A stretch of DNA of 53,017 nucleotides, counting the filler, from Bipalium vagum (taxonomy: Eukaryota): assembly GCA_037834085.1 (NCBI GenBank). It is 3 parts of 3 records of this genome, joined end to end, with 100 filler letters (N's around TTAATTAATTAA, not from the genome) between each part and the next. Parts side by side here need not be neighbours in the genome. Positions count along the whole stretch, not along the records: positions 1 to 18,575 come from JBBMKC010022482.1; positions 18,676 to 36,987 come from JBBMKC010033119.1; 1 more part is not named here. One strand, written 5' to 3'. Shown here piece after piece: positions 12,663-25,252 of this stretch; positions within the stretch are counted from its first letter, which is position 1; the number at the start of each line of letters is the position of its first letter. Under the pieces are notes generated by a model. The model was not told the origin of the DNA. It saw only the letters and a program-made list of their open reading frames with translations, and did not search any database. A program made the translations under genes and the position numbers.

Positions 12663-15600
12663 TTAAACTGTACATGCACAGTAGCTCGAAATTCATACTA
12701 TCATCCAAAATTATTCAGCTCATTGGTTGAATCTTGTCAATCTAGTTAGATTTTTGAAATAAGAACAAATAAACATAAAGATAAATATGTTTAACTTTTG
12801 ATTTTATAATAACCGGAAAATAACGTTCTACTCATTTTGAAAAATGTTTTTTATAAAACAGACATTAAAACCTTCGTTTAATGTCTATGGTTAATTAATT
12901 ATTATCATTAATAAACATGAAATGATTGATTTCATCTGATTAGTATATTTGATCAATATTATCTATTTTATTAATTTTTATTTTCTTTTCATCTGTTTTA
13001 AAACTCATAATATATAAAGAAATTCCTAAAATTATTTTTTCCGAAGAAATTGTAAAACATAAAAATTTAAGTGAAATTATTGACTTAAAAGTACAAAAGT
13101 TTATTAATAAAATTTAATAATATTAATATTTTTAATTACTTCACATGAAGTCAAAATATTATTTCAAATATTTAATTTGCGTTTTTGTTTATAAATTCTA
13201 AAGTAATAAAATTTATTAAAAATATATTCCAGTTAAACTTTAGTGTTGGATTTTTAAATGTTCTTAAAAAAAACTAAGTAAAAATATATATACACTAAAT
13301 ATTTAATTACACTCTTGTTTAAATAATATTATAATAACGCTATAGATTTGAATATTGAAATCATCAAAAATACTGAAGTAGAAATATATCGAAGAAAAAA
13401 CTCAAATCACGAATGAGAAACGCCATACCTTAAACGACATGTACACACGTCAATCATACGATCTTAAAGATATGCAAGATCAAACGTTTCTTTAATAAAA
13501 TTAGATAATTCTATATTGGAGATTGAACATGTTTGTTTTGAAAAAGTCCATCAAGCAGACAAAAAACCATTTATGATGGGAAATGAAAAAGAATTATAAT
13601 AACTTTTATTATAAGACATCATAAATCTATGTACAGAAAACTAAATGGATTGATTAAACTAGGAATGATTGATGACCAGACTGCGAAAATAAAACAAACA
13701 TTTTTTAACATTTAATTTATTGTTTCCCATAAAAAAATATAAAATTGTTGCAAATTTTTTTAAAAACCTTATTTGTTATAAAAATAATATTTGAAAATAT
13801 AATCAGCTCTCATCTTTTATCCGAAAGATGAAATGATCTATAAGAAAATATATTTTCTCATTCCTATTTAAACAAAAATATTTATTACTTATAAACCAGA
13901 CTGCAGACTATACAAATATCCGGTTTGATTTAGAAGTAACAGATAGTGATAATAGTTTTACTCCATCAACGAAAATAAGCTTTAAGGAAGACATTTTCTT
14001 CTTCGTCAGACCTGGAACAATATAGATGAAAAAACTCAAGTTAAACTTAAAACTGAGCTTGACAAGAGATAGATGAAAAATGTAACATTCTGTATGACTT
14101 GTTTTCTCTACAGAAGAATAAATGGAATCCTTACATCTTGTTGTAGCGCTGATAAATTAACAGTTTATAAAAATACTAGTTATGTTATAAAGTTTAAGTA
14201 CACATCATATATTATTAATAATTAATTAAGTATTAATTAAGTATCATTATTGATTTGTTTAAATAATTTTAATAATCATAAGACATTTTGAAACAAAAAT
14301 CGATAAATTCATATTCATTATTTAGTAATATTTCTGTTTAATTATAGTATATTCGATGTCAAAGGATCTATCTGGTAAGCCCATAGGATTGATACTTTTA
14401 GATATGGTACATATCAGGATTGAATTAGACTTAGACCGAGAAAAAATTGGAAGATTTCAATAAAAACTCAGTACCTGTTATGTAGGGAAATTTGATAAAA
14501 GCGCAGAAAGTCAGTCGGAAAATAATTTTAATATCTCTAGACAGGTAGAACCTGTCAGTGGAGACAGTTTGGTACCCGGTGTGAATCTAAATGAATTTTT
14601 TAAGCTGCTTATATTATGCCGTACTCCTCACTATGTATAGTCGAGTCTCTAATCTTATAAACACCTTTTTTTTCTAATAAAATAATTTTAATAATAATAT
14701 CAAAGTACTAGAAATATATATAAATTCATGAGGTTCACCAAAGAAATCGAGAAAAAAGATTGCAGAAGATAAGTTAGATGACCACACCATATCTTATATT
14801 GTTTTACCTAGTAAAAATTTATCCATGGCTGTTTTTGATCTTGTTAATGAAGAGTTATGTATTTTCTTATCATTAATTAAGTAAAAAATTGAAATTTTCG
14901 AATTTTCTTTCTCAATGCCAAAAATAGCAATTATGTTAATCAATAAACGTTTTATAATTTTTGAAAATTTTAGAGAGATGTAAGAAATTTCACACACCTC
15001 TAATATTTTGTGAATTATATATTTTTGTTAATTAAAAAAATTTAAAACATTTTTGCACGATGCGCACGTTTGCTGTATCCATACCAAATGCTTCATTGAT
15101 TTTACAATTAATCTATTCAGTATTATTGCCAAATTTAATCTCATACAGTAAAATAGCTTATTACATAATTGTTATTGGCTTTTTTAACATGACCTCTAAA
15201 ATAATAGAAATTAGTAATAATAATAAAGTTAAACCGAGGCATATTCAAAACATCTGCTATTTCAAATGAAAAAATCAATCAATAAATCAAATCACACAAA
15301 TCTTTTTTTAAAAAGATCATTTGTCAAGTTTGAATATATGAAAAAAGCAATTATTTTCCTATCAACCTAATAAAACAATGAAATTAATAAGTCATATCTG
15401 CTTTAAGCTTTTATTTTTTAATGACATTATATGTCATTAAAACAAATTTTACAATAAAGTTGTTATTCTCATGGCTTATGTTTAATTATTATTATTATTA
15501 CTATTTCTTATTAATTAATTATTGTTATTATTATTAAATTATTTCAATTGAGTAATCATTAATTATATCATATTCATATTATATATTTTAATATTAACAT

Positions 15601-16105
15601 CTTTTCAGTCTTTAAAAGGTTTCATTTTTCAGTGAAAAAGTGATAAGTATTTAATATCACATCATAATCTTATAAGAATATCTATGTTTTAGGTAACCGG
15701 ATGAGCGAATGTTTCATATAATAACGTAAGAAAAAAATAATAAATTGATAAATATATGTAAAACTTGATATTCTGCCGATCGTTAAATATTTTCAACAAA
15801 TTTCGTTTCTTTGGTACAATTTCAACATCCATTTCAATAAACAACAAAGAAATAAGAGACATCTCTAATTATTTTTCTATCAGATCTCAGATCATTTTGC
15901 TTTCATAAAGAACTTAAAAGGATGAAGTATATCAATAAACTCAAAGTGTCTTTGAGGATCATGCCAAAGTAATGTCAAAACTAAATCAAACCGCTTCAAT
16001 CAAATAAAAAATATATTATTGAAATTTCTAAGTGTAAAAAACATTTTTCTGTGAAATTGAAACAAAAAATTATATAAAAAAAAAATTATAAAAAAAAATA
16101 TTTAA

Positions 16106-16243
16106 NNNNNNNNNNNNNNNNNNNNNNNNNNNNNNNNNNNNNNNNNNNNNNNNNNNNNNNNNNNNNNNNNNNNNNNNNNNNNNNNNNNNNNNNNNNNNNN
16201 NNNNNNNNNNNNNNNNNNNNNNNNNNNNNNNNNNNNNNNNNNN
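16106..16243. other. Assembly gap (N run)
   Basis: Run of N. Confidence 0.99.
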
Positions 16244-16312
16244 TCATCATTTCAAATAATCAAGGCACAGGAAAAAATAAATACAATAAAATAAATAAAA
16301 ATATATAATATA

Positions 16313-17520
16313 TTAAGGATCCAATTTAATTGTGAGCACTTTATATTACAAAATCCAAACGTTTTATTTTAAAGAAATCAATTTAAATCAATTTGAAAGT
16401 CTTTGTTAAAATGTGTGTGTTATATATTTTTGAATAATATAATTTATGTATTACATTTAAATTTAGTTATTAATTTGATATTTCTTATGGAAACCATAAG
16501 GGCCAAAAGTATATCAAATACTTAGACGAAGCACTGCTTGTTTTATGAGTATCATAAAGGCATCAAAATAAAGAAACCTCACAAAAAAATTTGTCCTCAC
16601 GTAGAACACTCTCTTAGAAGTTTTAGAAAGTTTTAAGATGACAAAAGAAGTCTTGAAGATCTCTGGAGAACAGGCCGTTCATCGGCTGTCAATGTTGAAA
16701 AGCGAAAGCGATTAATCAATGAGAACCCAAAAAAAAATACTAAATAATTGGCCACAATTTTAATTGTCATGCGGAGATGATAAAAATTCACTTACATAAA
16801 ACGGGGAAATAATATTAAAGATAGGAACCATATGATTTATCGGACAAACAAAAGTCTATGCGAGTTACAATGTGTAATGCAAACTTCACAAGACATGATT
16901 GAAATCCATTTTCGAATAGAATTTTGGCACCCAATAAAAACTGGGTGGAAAACACTAATCCTGATCATCACAAGCAATGGTTATCGGCTGAACAACATCC
17001 ATTTGCGATCCCAAAAAAGGTTGTATTGTATGTTTGGCGGGATTGCTTAGGTGTCATTTATTGGAAACTATTGAAAAATGGTGAATTTATTGACTCTGAA
17101 CGCTACTGTAACAGTAGGACAGTTTTGGTTAACAGAAAAGAACAGATACTTAAGCATGATGCTAACACACGTATCAAAAATAACAAAAGAAATTAAGACA
17201 ACTGTGTCATGAAGTGTTGCCACATCAACTATGACCAGACATTGCGACTATAGATTATCATCTGTTCCTCTCAACAACTCACTTTCTTAAAGGAAAAAAA
17301 ATATGAAAATCTTGACGACATAAAGAATGACTTAAAAATGGTTTCTGATCAAACAACTACTGAGTTTTATTCCGATGGCATTGGTTCTTTCGTAGATAGA
17401 TGGTAGAGAGTAGTTGACATTGATAGAGATTGTTTATTCAATTAATGTTTGTATGTTAAGTAATAAAATGTATTTTGAAGTTTTACTGATTAAAGTCTCA
17501 TAATTAAATTGAATCATCAA
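16313..17520 (+). mobile_element. Mariner (DD34D) transposon with both TIRs and TA target duplication, transposase inactivated
   Basis: TIRs ttaaggatccaatttaattgtgag vs reverse complement ttgatgattcaatttaattatgag, with TA on both flanks. Transposase pieces: LLVL*VS, GRSSAVN, KKVVLYVWRDCLGVIYWKLLKNGEFIDSERYC, KHDAN, PDIATIDYHLF, EFYSDGIGSFVDRW. Confidence 0.9.
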
Positions 17521-18029
17521 TAGTTAAGCACAAGACTTAAATAAGCGCACAAGTAATCCATAAAAGGATCAATAAAATACCGAGATTTTAATTATTCTAT
17601 TTAAAAAGATGAGATCCACAATAAATATTTTAATCATTACCTAATGAAGATTTTTATTTTTAATACATATCGATCTTTTTGCATCGTGCAAAACCATTAT
17701 GAAACAAAAAAACCGAATCTTAAATACTTTTCATCTTTAAACAATTGACCATTATTTAGAATAATTGTTTTAATCTTTTGTGGTCTTTATTCTATTTATT
17801 TTCAAGTTGAACAAAATTTATCGTTTGATATTCTTTTTTGTTTTATTTCTTTTCATCTTTATCATAATTGGGCTTATTATAAATATTAGTGAAATATTTA
17901 TTGTATATTAAATGATTGGATAATAAGAAAGCAAAAATAAATTAATATAAGTTAATAATAATAAATAATAATAATAATCAATAATAATAATAATTAATAA
18001 TTAATAATAAAAATCAATAATAATAATCA

Positions 18030-18172
18030 NNNNNNNNNNNNNNNNNNNNNNNNNNNNNNNNNNNNNNNNNNNNNNNNNNNNNNNNNNNNNNNNNNNNNNN
18101 NNNNNNNNNNNNNNNNNNNNNNNNNNNNNNNNNNNNNNNNNNNNNNNNNNNNNNNNNNNNNNNNNNNNNNNN
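18030..18172. other. Assembly gap (N run) inside AAT-rich low-complexity DNA
   Basis: Run of N. Confidence 0.99.
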
Positions 18173-18575
18173 AAATATTTAAAAAAATATATTTTTTAAT
18201 AATAATTAAAAATATTTAATATATATTAATAATTATTATTTTTAATAATAATAAAAAATAATAATAATCATAAAAATTAAATTTGAAAAAAATTTTGAAA
18301 TTAAAACTGCAAAAAGACAAGACAGAAATTTCAATACAACATCTATGCTCAAGAAGATTAAACTTTTATAATTTTACTTATTTTTTGAGTTAAAATAAAT
18401 AAATATTTTATTTTTTAGTGCAGTCTATCTCACTTGTAATTTTATGGATTCAATTCTCTGTCGTCATTTATTAGTCTTCTTCTGATATTCATTGCCATAA
18501 AATATTTTCTGAATGGTTCTTTAATAACGATTCAATTTATTATTATTGCTTTATTATAGTATCACATAACATATA

Positions 18576-18675
18576 NNNNNNNNNNNNNNNNNNNNNNNNN
18601 NNNNNNNNNNNNNNNNNNNTTAATTAATTAANNNNNNNNNNNNNNNNNNNNNNNNNNNNNNNNNNNNNNNNNNNN
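18576..18675. other. Artificial contig-joining spacer (44N-TTAATTAATTAA-44N)
   Basis: Exactly 100 bp. The palindromic 12-mer at 18620-18631 has stops in all six frames. Identical copy at 36988-37087. Confidence 0.95.
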
Positions 18676-18727
18676 TTATCAAAAATGTCTAATAATCATA
18701 TAAATATTAAACTCAATAGTTTTAATA

Positions 18728-18894
18728 CAAAATTTCTATTATAGAAAAAAACTTGGTCATTTGTTTTAAATTACAAATTGTTAGTATTTATCCAATTTTT
18801 AAATTTCTAAAATAGAAATGATACGAAATAAAATTAATTCAGTAAATATCAATTTTTATCGTTTATTTGTGTTTCCATAATAGAGGTTTTACTG
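18728..18894. mobile_element. MITE with pogo/Tigger-like termini
   Basis: Right end ataatagaggttttactg|TA (reverse complement cagtaaaacctctattat). Left end TA|caaaatttctattatag is a degenerate match. Confidence 0.55.
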
Positions 18895-19256
18895 TATACA
18901 GGGTTTTTTTGTACAATAGTATCGTCTTCTTAAGTCATCAATAATCTTGGTTCTCATAATTGTCATATTTAGGATCTATTTTACTTTTTAATGATTATAT
19001 AATTTAAATAATTGTGCAATTAAAAGAATAATATAATCTATTTAAAACATTTTAACAAATCAAGAATTTTTAAAAGTTTGAAAAAGAGGTTTTAACACTG
19101 TATATCTTTAAAATTATTTATTATGTAAAATAACAATGAAGATTTTTTAAGTGAGAAATATTTCATGTCTTATATTTTTAACAATTTGCAGAAAGGTTCT
19201 CTAATGAATGATTAATGTTTTCTTAAATTAATATTTTGGTTAATTTTGTAAAAATA

Positions 19257-20294
19257 TTGTCGCGGACAATGAAAAGTACAAACTTGTTTAAATGCATATA
19301 TTTTCACATTTTTTGAAATAAACACAAACTAATAACTTTTTTTACTATCAAAAATGTTAAACAAAGTCTTAACACAGTCAATCATGGATTCAATAAAAAA
19401 GTTATTATTTGCTGCTCATTAACTCATTCTATATTTAACCAGTTTTAAGAAGTTATTGGTATACTTTCTGAATTCAATCTTTTACTTTCAATCCTATACA
19501 GTGGCTTATAGCCATTCAAAGAAAAATTACATACAATCACACTATTGCATCGATTCACAAGAGTATATACACATTTTTCATTATACCGTTCTTCTGTACG
19601 TTGTTCCACATACCGAAAAGAATAAGTCTTTAATGAAAAGCTACTCTGATCACTGAAAGCAATGCAAGATAATTCATCTAACATCCATTATGAGTGATTG
19701 AGTGTCCACTCACTTCTTTAATATTTGAGGCATTTTTGATTTCCGCGCAGGTGCATACGTATATAGTTCATTTTCACAAAGTCATCTACTTACAGTTTGT
19801 GCAGAAATATTAGAGATAATTTCTTTTTTGTATTTGGACAGTACTTCTAAACCGATAAGTTCAGAATTTCAAACGATACAGAGTTCATCTCGCTCACTTG
19901 TGATTTTACTGCTTCTGCCTTTTGATTTTATTTTCTTCTCTTGGGCATGACGCTTTGTAGTCGTTGATAACATTTATCAACTGTATTTCTAGACATCTTT
20001 AAATAAATTGTAATTTTTCGCTAGCTGCATTGAGCATCAAATTTCAATAAATATATTCTTCCACGCATAAAATCTGCACTCTTCGTGTTTTTAATAGCTT
20101 CAATTTTAAATAAATATTTTGAAAAAACAAAAGTTTAAAATATCTATTGTGCTATACAAATTTCATAAGTTACCGTGTCACTTTAGTTAAATATTTCAAC
20201 CAAATAAAATAGAAATAATTTAAACAAATACATTAGATATATAAAATATCAAAATTACGAGTTTTAAAGGTGTACTTTTCATTGTGCACGGCTG
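19257..20294 (-). mobile_element. Tc1-family transposon, internally deleted
   Basis: TIRs ttgtcgcggacaatgaaaagtaca vs reverse complement cagccgtgcacaatgaaaagtaca, with TA flanks. Minus-strand DFMRGRIY...RKITIYLKMSRNTV (HTH) and IAFSDQSSF...VEQRTEERYNEKCV (first catalytic D region). Confidence 0.85.
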
Positions 20295-21141
20295 TATATA
20301 TATTTTATTTTCTATTTTACAATAAAAAATATTTTAAGGTAGTGAATAAAAATTCAAAATAAGACTAAAATTCCATCTTTCTTTTCTTTATATATTGTTT
20401 GTCATCATATCATAATCCTAATGAACTCTTCTAATTTGCATTTATTTGCAAAAATTGTTTTAATAACCAGTCAATTTAGCTGAAATAATCAAATTTGTAT
20501 TCAAACCAGAAATAAAATATAATGGTCTTTATATAGGCTCAATCTAGACAATTTCGTTTAGTTTTTTAAAAATTTCTGTTACAAACAAATATTATTTTCA
20601 ATTCTTAAGATTCATCTAAACACACTGGTTATTCAGAAAATCTTCAAAATAAATAAAATAATATTGAGAACATGCATTTATAGTAAAATATTTAAATTAC
20701 CTTAAAAATAGATTAAAATTAGTGGGTAAAGGTTCGGAACGTTGAAAAAATTTTTATTAATCAAAATACTTAAATAAAATAAACCATGTCTGACAAAAAA
20801 GAAACACATTAAATGTTTTTTGACAAAGGTCTTTTCTCACAATCTCTTTCCCTTTTGTCGATAAAACTAAATGAAGCAGACAGTTTTTGGTCAATTTTGT
20901 CACAAAGCCTTTACTAAGCCGAGCTTAAATGATTAAGTCGATTCATGAGACTTTGGAAAATGCCTTTACCAGAAGAAATCCAATATGATTTAATGGAAAT
21001 AATTAAAAACTAGACTATTCCTATGACCTGATCTGAAAAAAATCTTACTCGATTTTAAATGCTGTTCGAAGATTCACTATTCGTGACATTCTCGTGTTTC
21101 AGAATTAATAAAAGAATTTATCTTTCTATACCATTTTCCAT

Positions 21142-21198
21142 ACTAATTGATAATAATAACAAACTAATTGATAATAGTAACAAACTGATTGATAATAA
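21142..21198. repeat. 21-bp minisatellite, about 2.7 copies (ctaattgataataataacaaa)
   Basis: Read directly from sequence. Confidence 0.8.
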
Positions 21199-23502
21199 AT
21201 GAAAATAAAAAGGAAATTAAAACAAACAGATAATTTTATAAATAAAGATGATAAATAGTCAGTTGCAGATACTTTATGATAGAGAAAGCTCCATCAATCT
21301 GAATATTCTTAACTTAACCACAGTAATTTTTTACATAAAAATTATTTTTTGTTGGAAATGTAAAAACGTATAAATTTTCTTTACTTTTTACCGAGTTTGG
21401 CTTTGTAAACCTTCAGAAATTAAGTTTCAAATCATTAACAAAATATTCAATAATAAACTATGAAATCCCTTTGGTTATTACCTGATCAATCATACGAACA
21501 AAATAAACGAACAATATCAATTTAAAAGGTTTTTTATTTTTTAAACAGAAATTACTGAGATATGAATGTATGAATGACATATGTAATATTTCAAAAATAT
21601 TTAAGTATAAAAGCTAAAATAATTACGACAAAAGATTTTAATTCATTTTAATGTGAAAGACTTTCTTGAAAACCCTCTGAAGAAAATATTGATCTAATGT
21701 GCTTACTATCAAAGCTTTATTAATACTATTTTCCCGAATTCTAAACCTCAGTGTTTTCTTTTCATAAAGTATTTAGTGTATCGCCAATATTTGATATCAA
21801 CCGACAATAAATACATAAAATAATATTATAATATGTAATTAGGATTATTATTAGGTTTTCCAATCATAAATATAATTTTTATCAGTCATAGCAGATTCGC
21901 TCAATATTTGCATAACAAATTTAATTAATTGTTTTGGGAATCATTACAGGAAATAAATAATATTTGATCGTTGTTTTTCCTACTGATTCTAATTTACATT
22001 GACTAAAATATAAATGTGAAAATTAAGTACAAAAATCAATCATGATGATTATATTAATTACCATGTTTACGAATATTTCCAAAATATTAACTGGAATATT
22101 AATTTATTTATATATTATTTTATAAATAAATATTATCATTAATATATAAAATGATGTGGATCAAATATCAAAATAATATTCTTTTGTGCAATAGATATGT
22201 ATAACATTTTTTTAGTGTCTTCAGTTTAATAAATAATTATTCTTGTATTTAAAAATGAATTACGTAAAAAAACATTTTAAATTGAATTTACAATTAAAAA
22301 ATTATATTTTTTGTTTGAGTCTATTTCAAAAGCCAGGAACTGTTAAAAGGATAAATAAATAATTTTTCTAAAAAATTTAATTAGTATTATAATTAAAATT
22401 TAAAATTTTCGCTGAACCTTAATAAATTTCTTTGTCTAAAGATTTATAGAATTAATTTAATTCTTAATTTCTTTTGTATTATTTTTTATACTATTTATCT
22501 ACGCTATTTAAAAATGGTTCAGATTGTAAAATCAAATATATATTCAATTAATTTTCAATTTTTTTCAGAAATAATGACACGGTAGATTTTACAGTCAACA
22601 TAACTGATTTTATTTCTAAAAAATGGCCGATTTTATTTAATAATAAACAGATAAGTATGAATTTTTATGTAATGGAAAAATGAGTCAATATTAGAAAAAT
22701 AAAAATATTTTGTATATTATATTTTATTAAAACAATAAAATAATTCTAATTAAAACAAAATATTTTAATTGGTTATTTAAATATTATTATTAAGCAATAT
22801 TTGATAATTTCAAAATTAATATTATTTTTAATAATTTAATATTATTTTTTATGATTTAAATTTTGTTAAAATAAAGGTTATCATAAAAAAATATTGTATC
22901 TAATTTTCAATTGAAATTGTGGCATTATTTATTTCTCTTTTTCTCTTCTGTTTTCTTGAAATCAAAAATTCATGCCTCCTTACAGAATCCTAATTGAAAT
23001 TTTATTGCCTTTCTCGATGATGAAAGACAGTATTAATAACACTAAACTTTTTGGTAACAAGAGAAATCAGATTTTTTGTATATTTCTTAATATGAATAAG
23101 TCACAAAAACTTAATAATTTATTTCAGACAAAGATTCAATTTAGAAATATCTCATCAAAATCATGTTGAATAACACCATATAAATAAAAAAAATGGGGCT
23201 TTTTTAAAGTTTATTAATTTTTTTATATGGTGTTATTAGTTGTAGATATTAAATTAAACACAAATTTATCATTAAAGTTGATTTTTAAAATAAAAATGAA
23301 TGTCGTTAAATGTTGTTTGTTTTCAACACTGTCTTGCATCATTAACCAGGTTATTCCTTCCACAGGAGCGACTATTGATATTAAGTCTGACTGATTTTAT
23401 TGTATAATGTGTATAAATATAGAAATCCCTTTCTATAGGACAGAAATAAAACTTTATTTTATATTTAATAATATTTATTTTATTTTAATTTATTGTGGGT
23501 GA

Positions 23503-24540
23503 TCAAACAATAACAACATTATTTATCTTTGAAGACAAATTTAGAGTTTTATATAATTTATTTATAAATTTTAAAAGCTTATATTCATATTTTTTTTGAA
23601 ATTCCGAAATAAATTCATTGGTATTTCCAAATGTCGATGTATGATACAAACGATTTACCTCCATTAACCTAGAAATATTTCCAGACACTAACAATTTTCC
23701 TAGTACAAAACTGCAATCAGGCTTATACATAATAAAGACTATTGAATATTTTCAGCATAGAGCTTTATCGACTAGACTAAATGAAAGAGACAGTTAAATT
23801 TATTGGTTACATTTAGTTAAATTGTTAACTTACCAAAAAAATTTTAAGAAAGGAAAGTTTTTTTCTGAGATTTTATAAATTTTCAAAGCGAAAACGTTAG
23901 TGAGATTAACATAGAATTACAACTTACGATTATTTTTGCAATTATCTTTAGACTGCTTCGAAATATTTCTATTTTTTTGTTGACAGGACTGAACCGCGGT
24001 TTCCTTTGAACTTATAAGCATAGTAATATGTGTTTTGTCAATTCTATCTAATTCGAGTTTAGATGTTACGTTGTATGTCAATTATAGATGACCAAATTAT
24101 TATTTATTTATTTTTCAAATACCAGTCTTTTATCATTTGAAAACAAAATTAGTTTAAACATTTATTATGAAACATGTTTCCAACTTTATCAGTTCTTCAT
24201 CAGTCAGTAATATGTTACGTTTTACGTGTTAATTAAATATTTTAATAAATTACAATTGATTAAAATTATGCTTTTTGGTTTCTTAATCAGAAATTAAAAT
24301 AATAATAGACTCTTCATCAGATATAAGATTTATCTTTGGCACTAAAAGTTATAGAATTCAAAAGTATCTTTAACCTCTTATTTTGTTTTGAATTCATCCA
24401 ATACTTTTGCAGCTTTATATTGAGCACAATATATCATTACAAATACTTATATTAATGAATATTTTTTTTGAGTTTTTGAAAACCATATAATATTGTCTGG
24501 TGCATTCTTATTAAGTAGTCTCTTTATAGGTCGGTATTTT
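23503..24540 (-). pseudogene. Candidate spliced pseudogene of unknown family
   Basis: Two GTAAGTT...AG intron-like segments (23927-23865, 63 nt, with a CTAAC branch motif; 23833-23777, 57 nt) flank a 31-nt exon. Splicing them joins the upstream open frame to ORF 23503-23730 in frame, with one TGA. Further upstream sequence has several stops. Confidence 0.38.
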
Positions 24541-25145
24541 ATATATATTTTTAAAAACTTATTAATTTTTGAAATTTGTGTTAAGTCTCTTATATAAAGT
24601 GGACCAAGTTAAGACCTTAACGGTTAGAAGATTTTTTAGGCATGTTTAACTATGATTTTTGATCGACTAAGAGAACAAGTTAATATACAAAACTTTATTT
24701 ATATTAAATGACAATCTTATTTTATAAGTTTACAAGAGAAGAGTGATTGCTATTGCAACAGTCCTCTTTAAGAACAATTCGCCGAGGCTACGATTAATTT
24801 AAAGGAAGGATATCTTATCGCACTGATGAAAATACCAGTGTTTCAAAAGCCATCAAATATATGCAATTCACCACCCTAATTAGTATCTGAACTGCTAAAA
24901 CAAAAAAACTGCTTCAGAAGTGAAGAGAAAACAAAAAAGATTAATTAAATTTAGGACTAGAGCTTTAATTATATAATTGTGTAATTAATTAAGTCAAATA
25001 TATAATAAAAAGAATACTTATTGATAACAATGTATTCTATAAAGTATATATATAATAAATACTTACTATGGGCATATACTGTGATAAATAACTTGCACTG
25101 TTTATTTTTTTAAGAATTAGTCTGATCCTTTTTATATAAATATTT

Positions 25146-25252
25146 TGTGAAGATCGGGGCGTGATAGCTTCGTGATATTTCCAGTATCGCTGCGTGAATA
25201 ATTTATTTTTATATCGTTGTGGTTGTCGTTTTTTTGTGCGCCCTCATCAACA
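25146..25252 (+). repeat. Possible short solo-LTR remnant
   Basis: GC-richer island in very AT-rich DNA, bounded by TG...CA (tgtgaag...catcaaca), with a GT-rich 3' part. No target-site duplication found. Confidence 0.28.

Noticed and set aside
20715-20750. GGTTCG as a tRNA T-loop
   Set aside because: No cloverleaf or A-box can be formed.
23740-24540. Alternative genetic code or selenocysteine as an explanation of in-frame stops
   Set aside because: P2X and the phosphatase read cleanly in the standard code and end at TAG/TAA. The stops elsewhere co-occur with frameshifts, and no SECIS-like element was identified.
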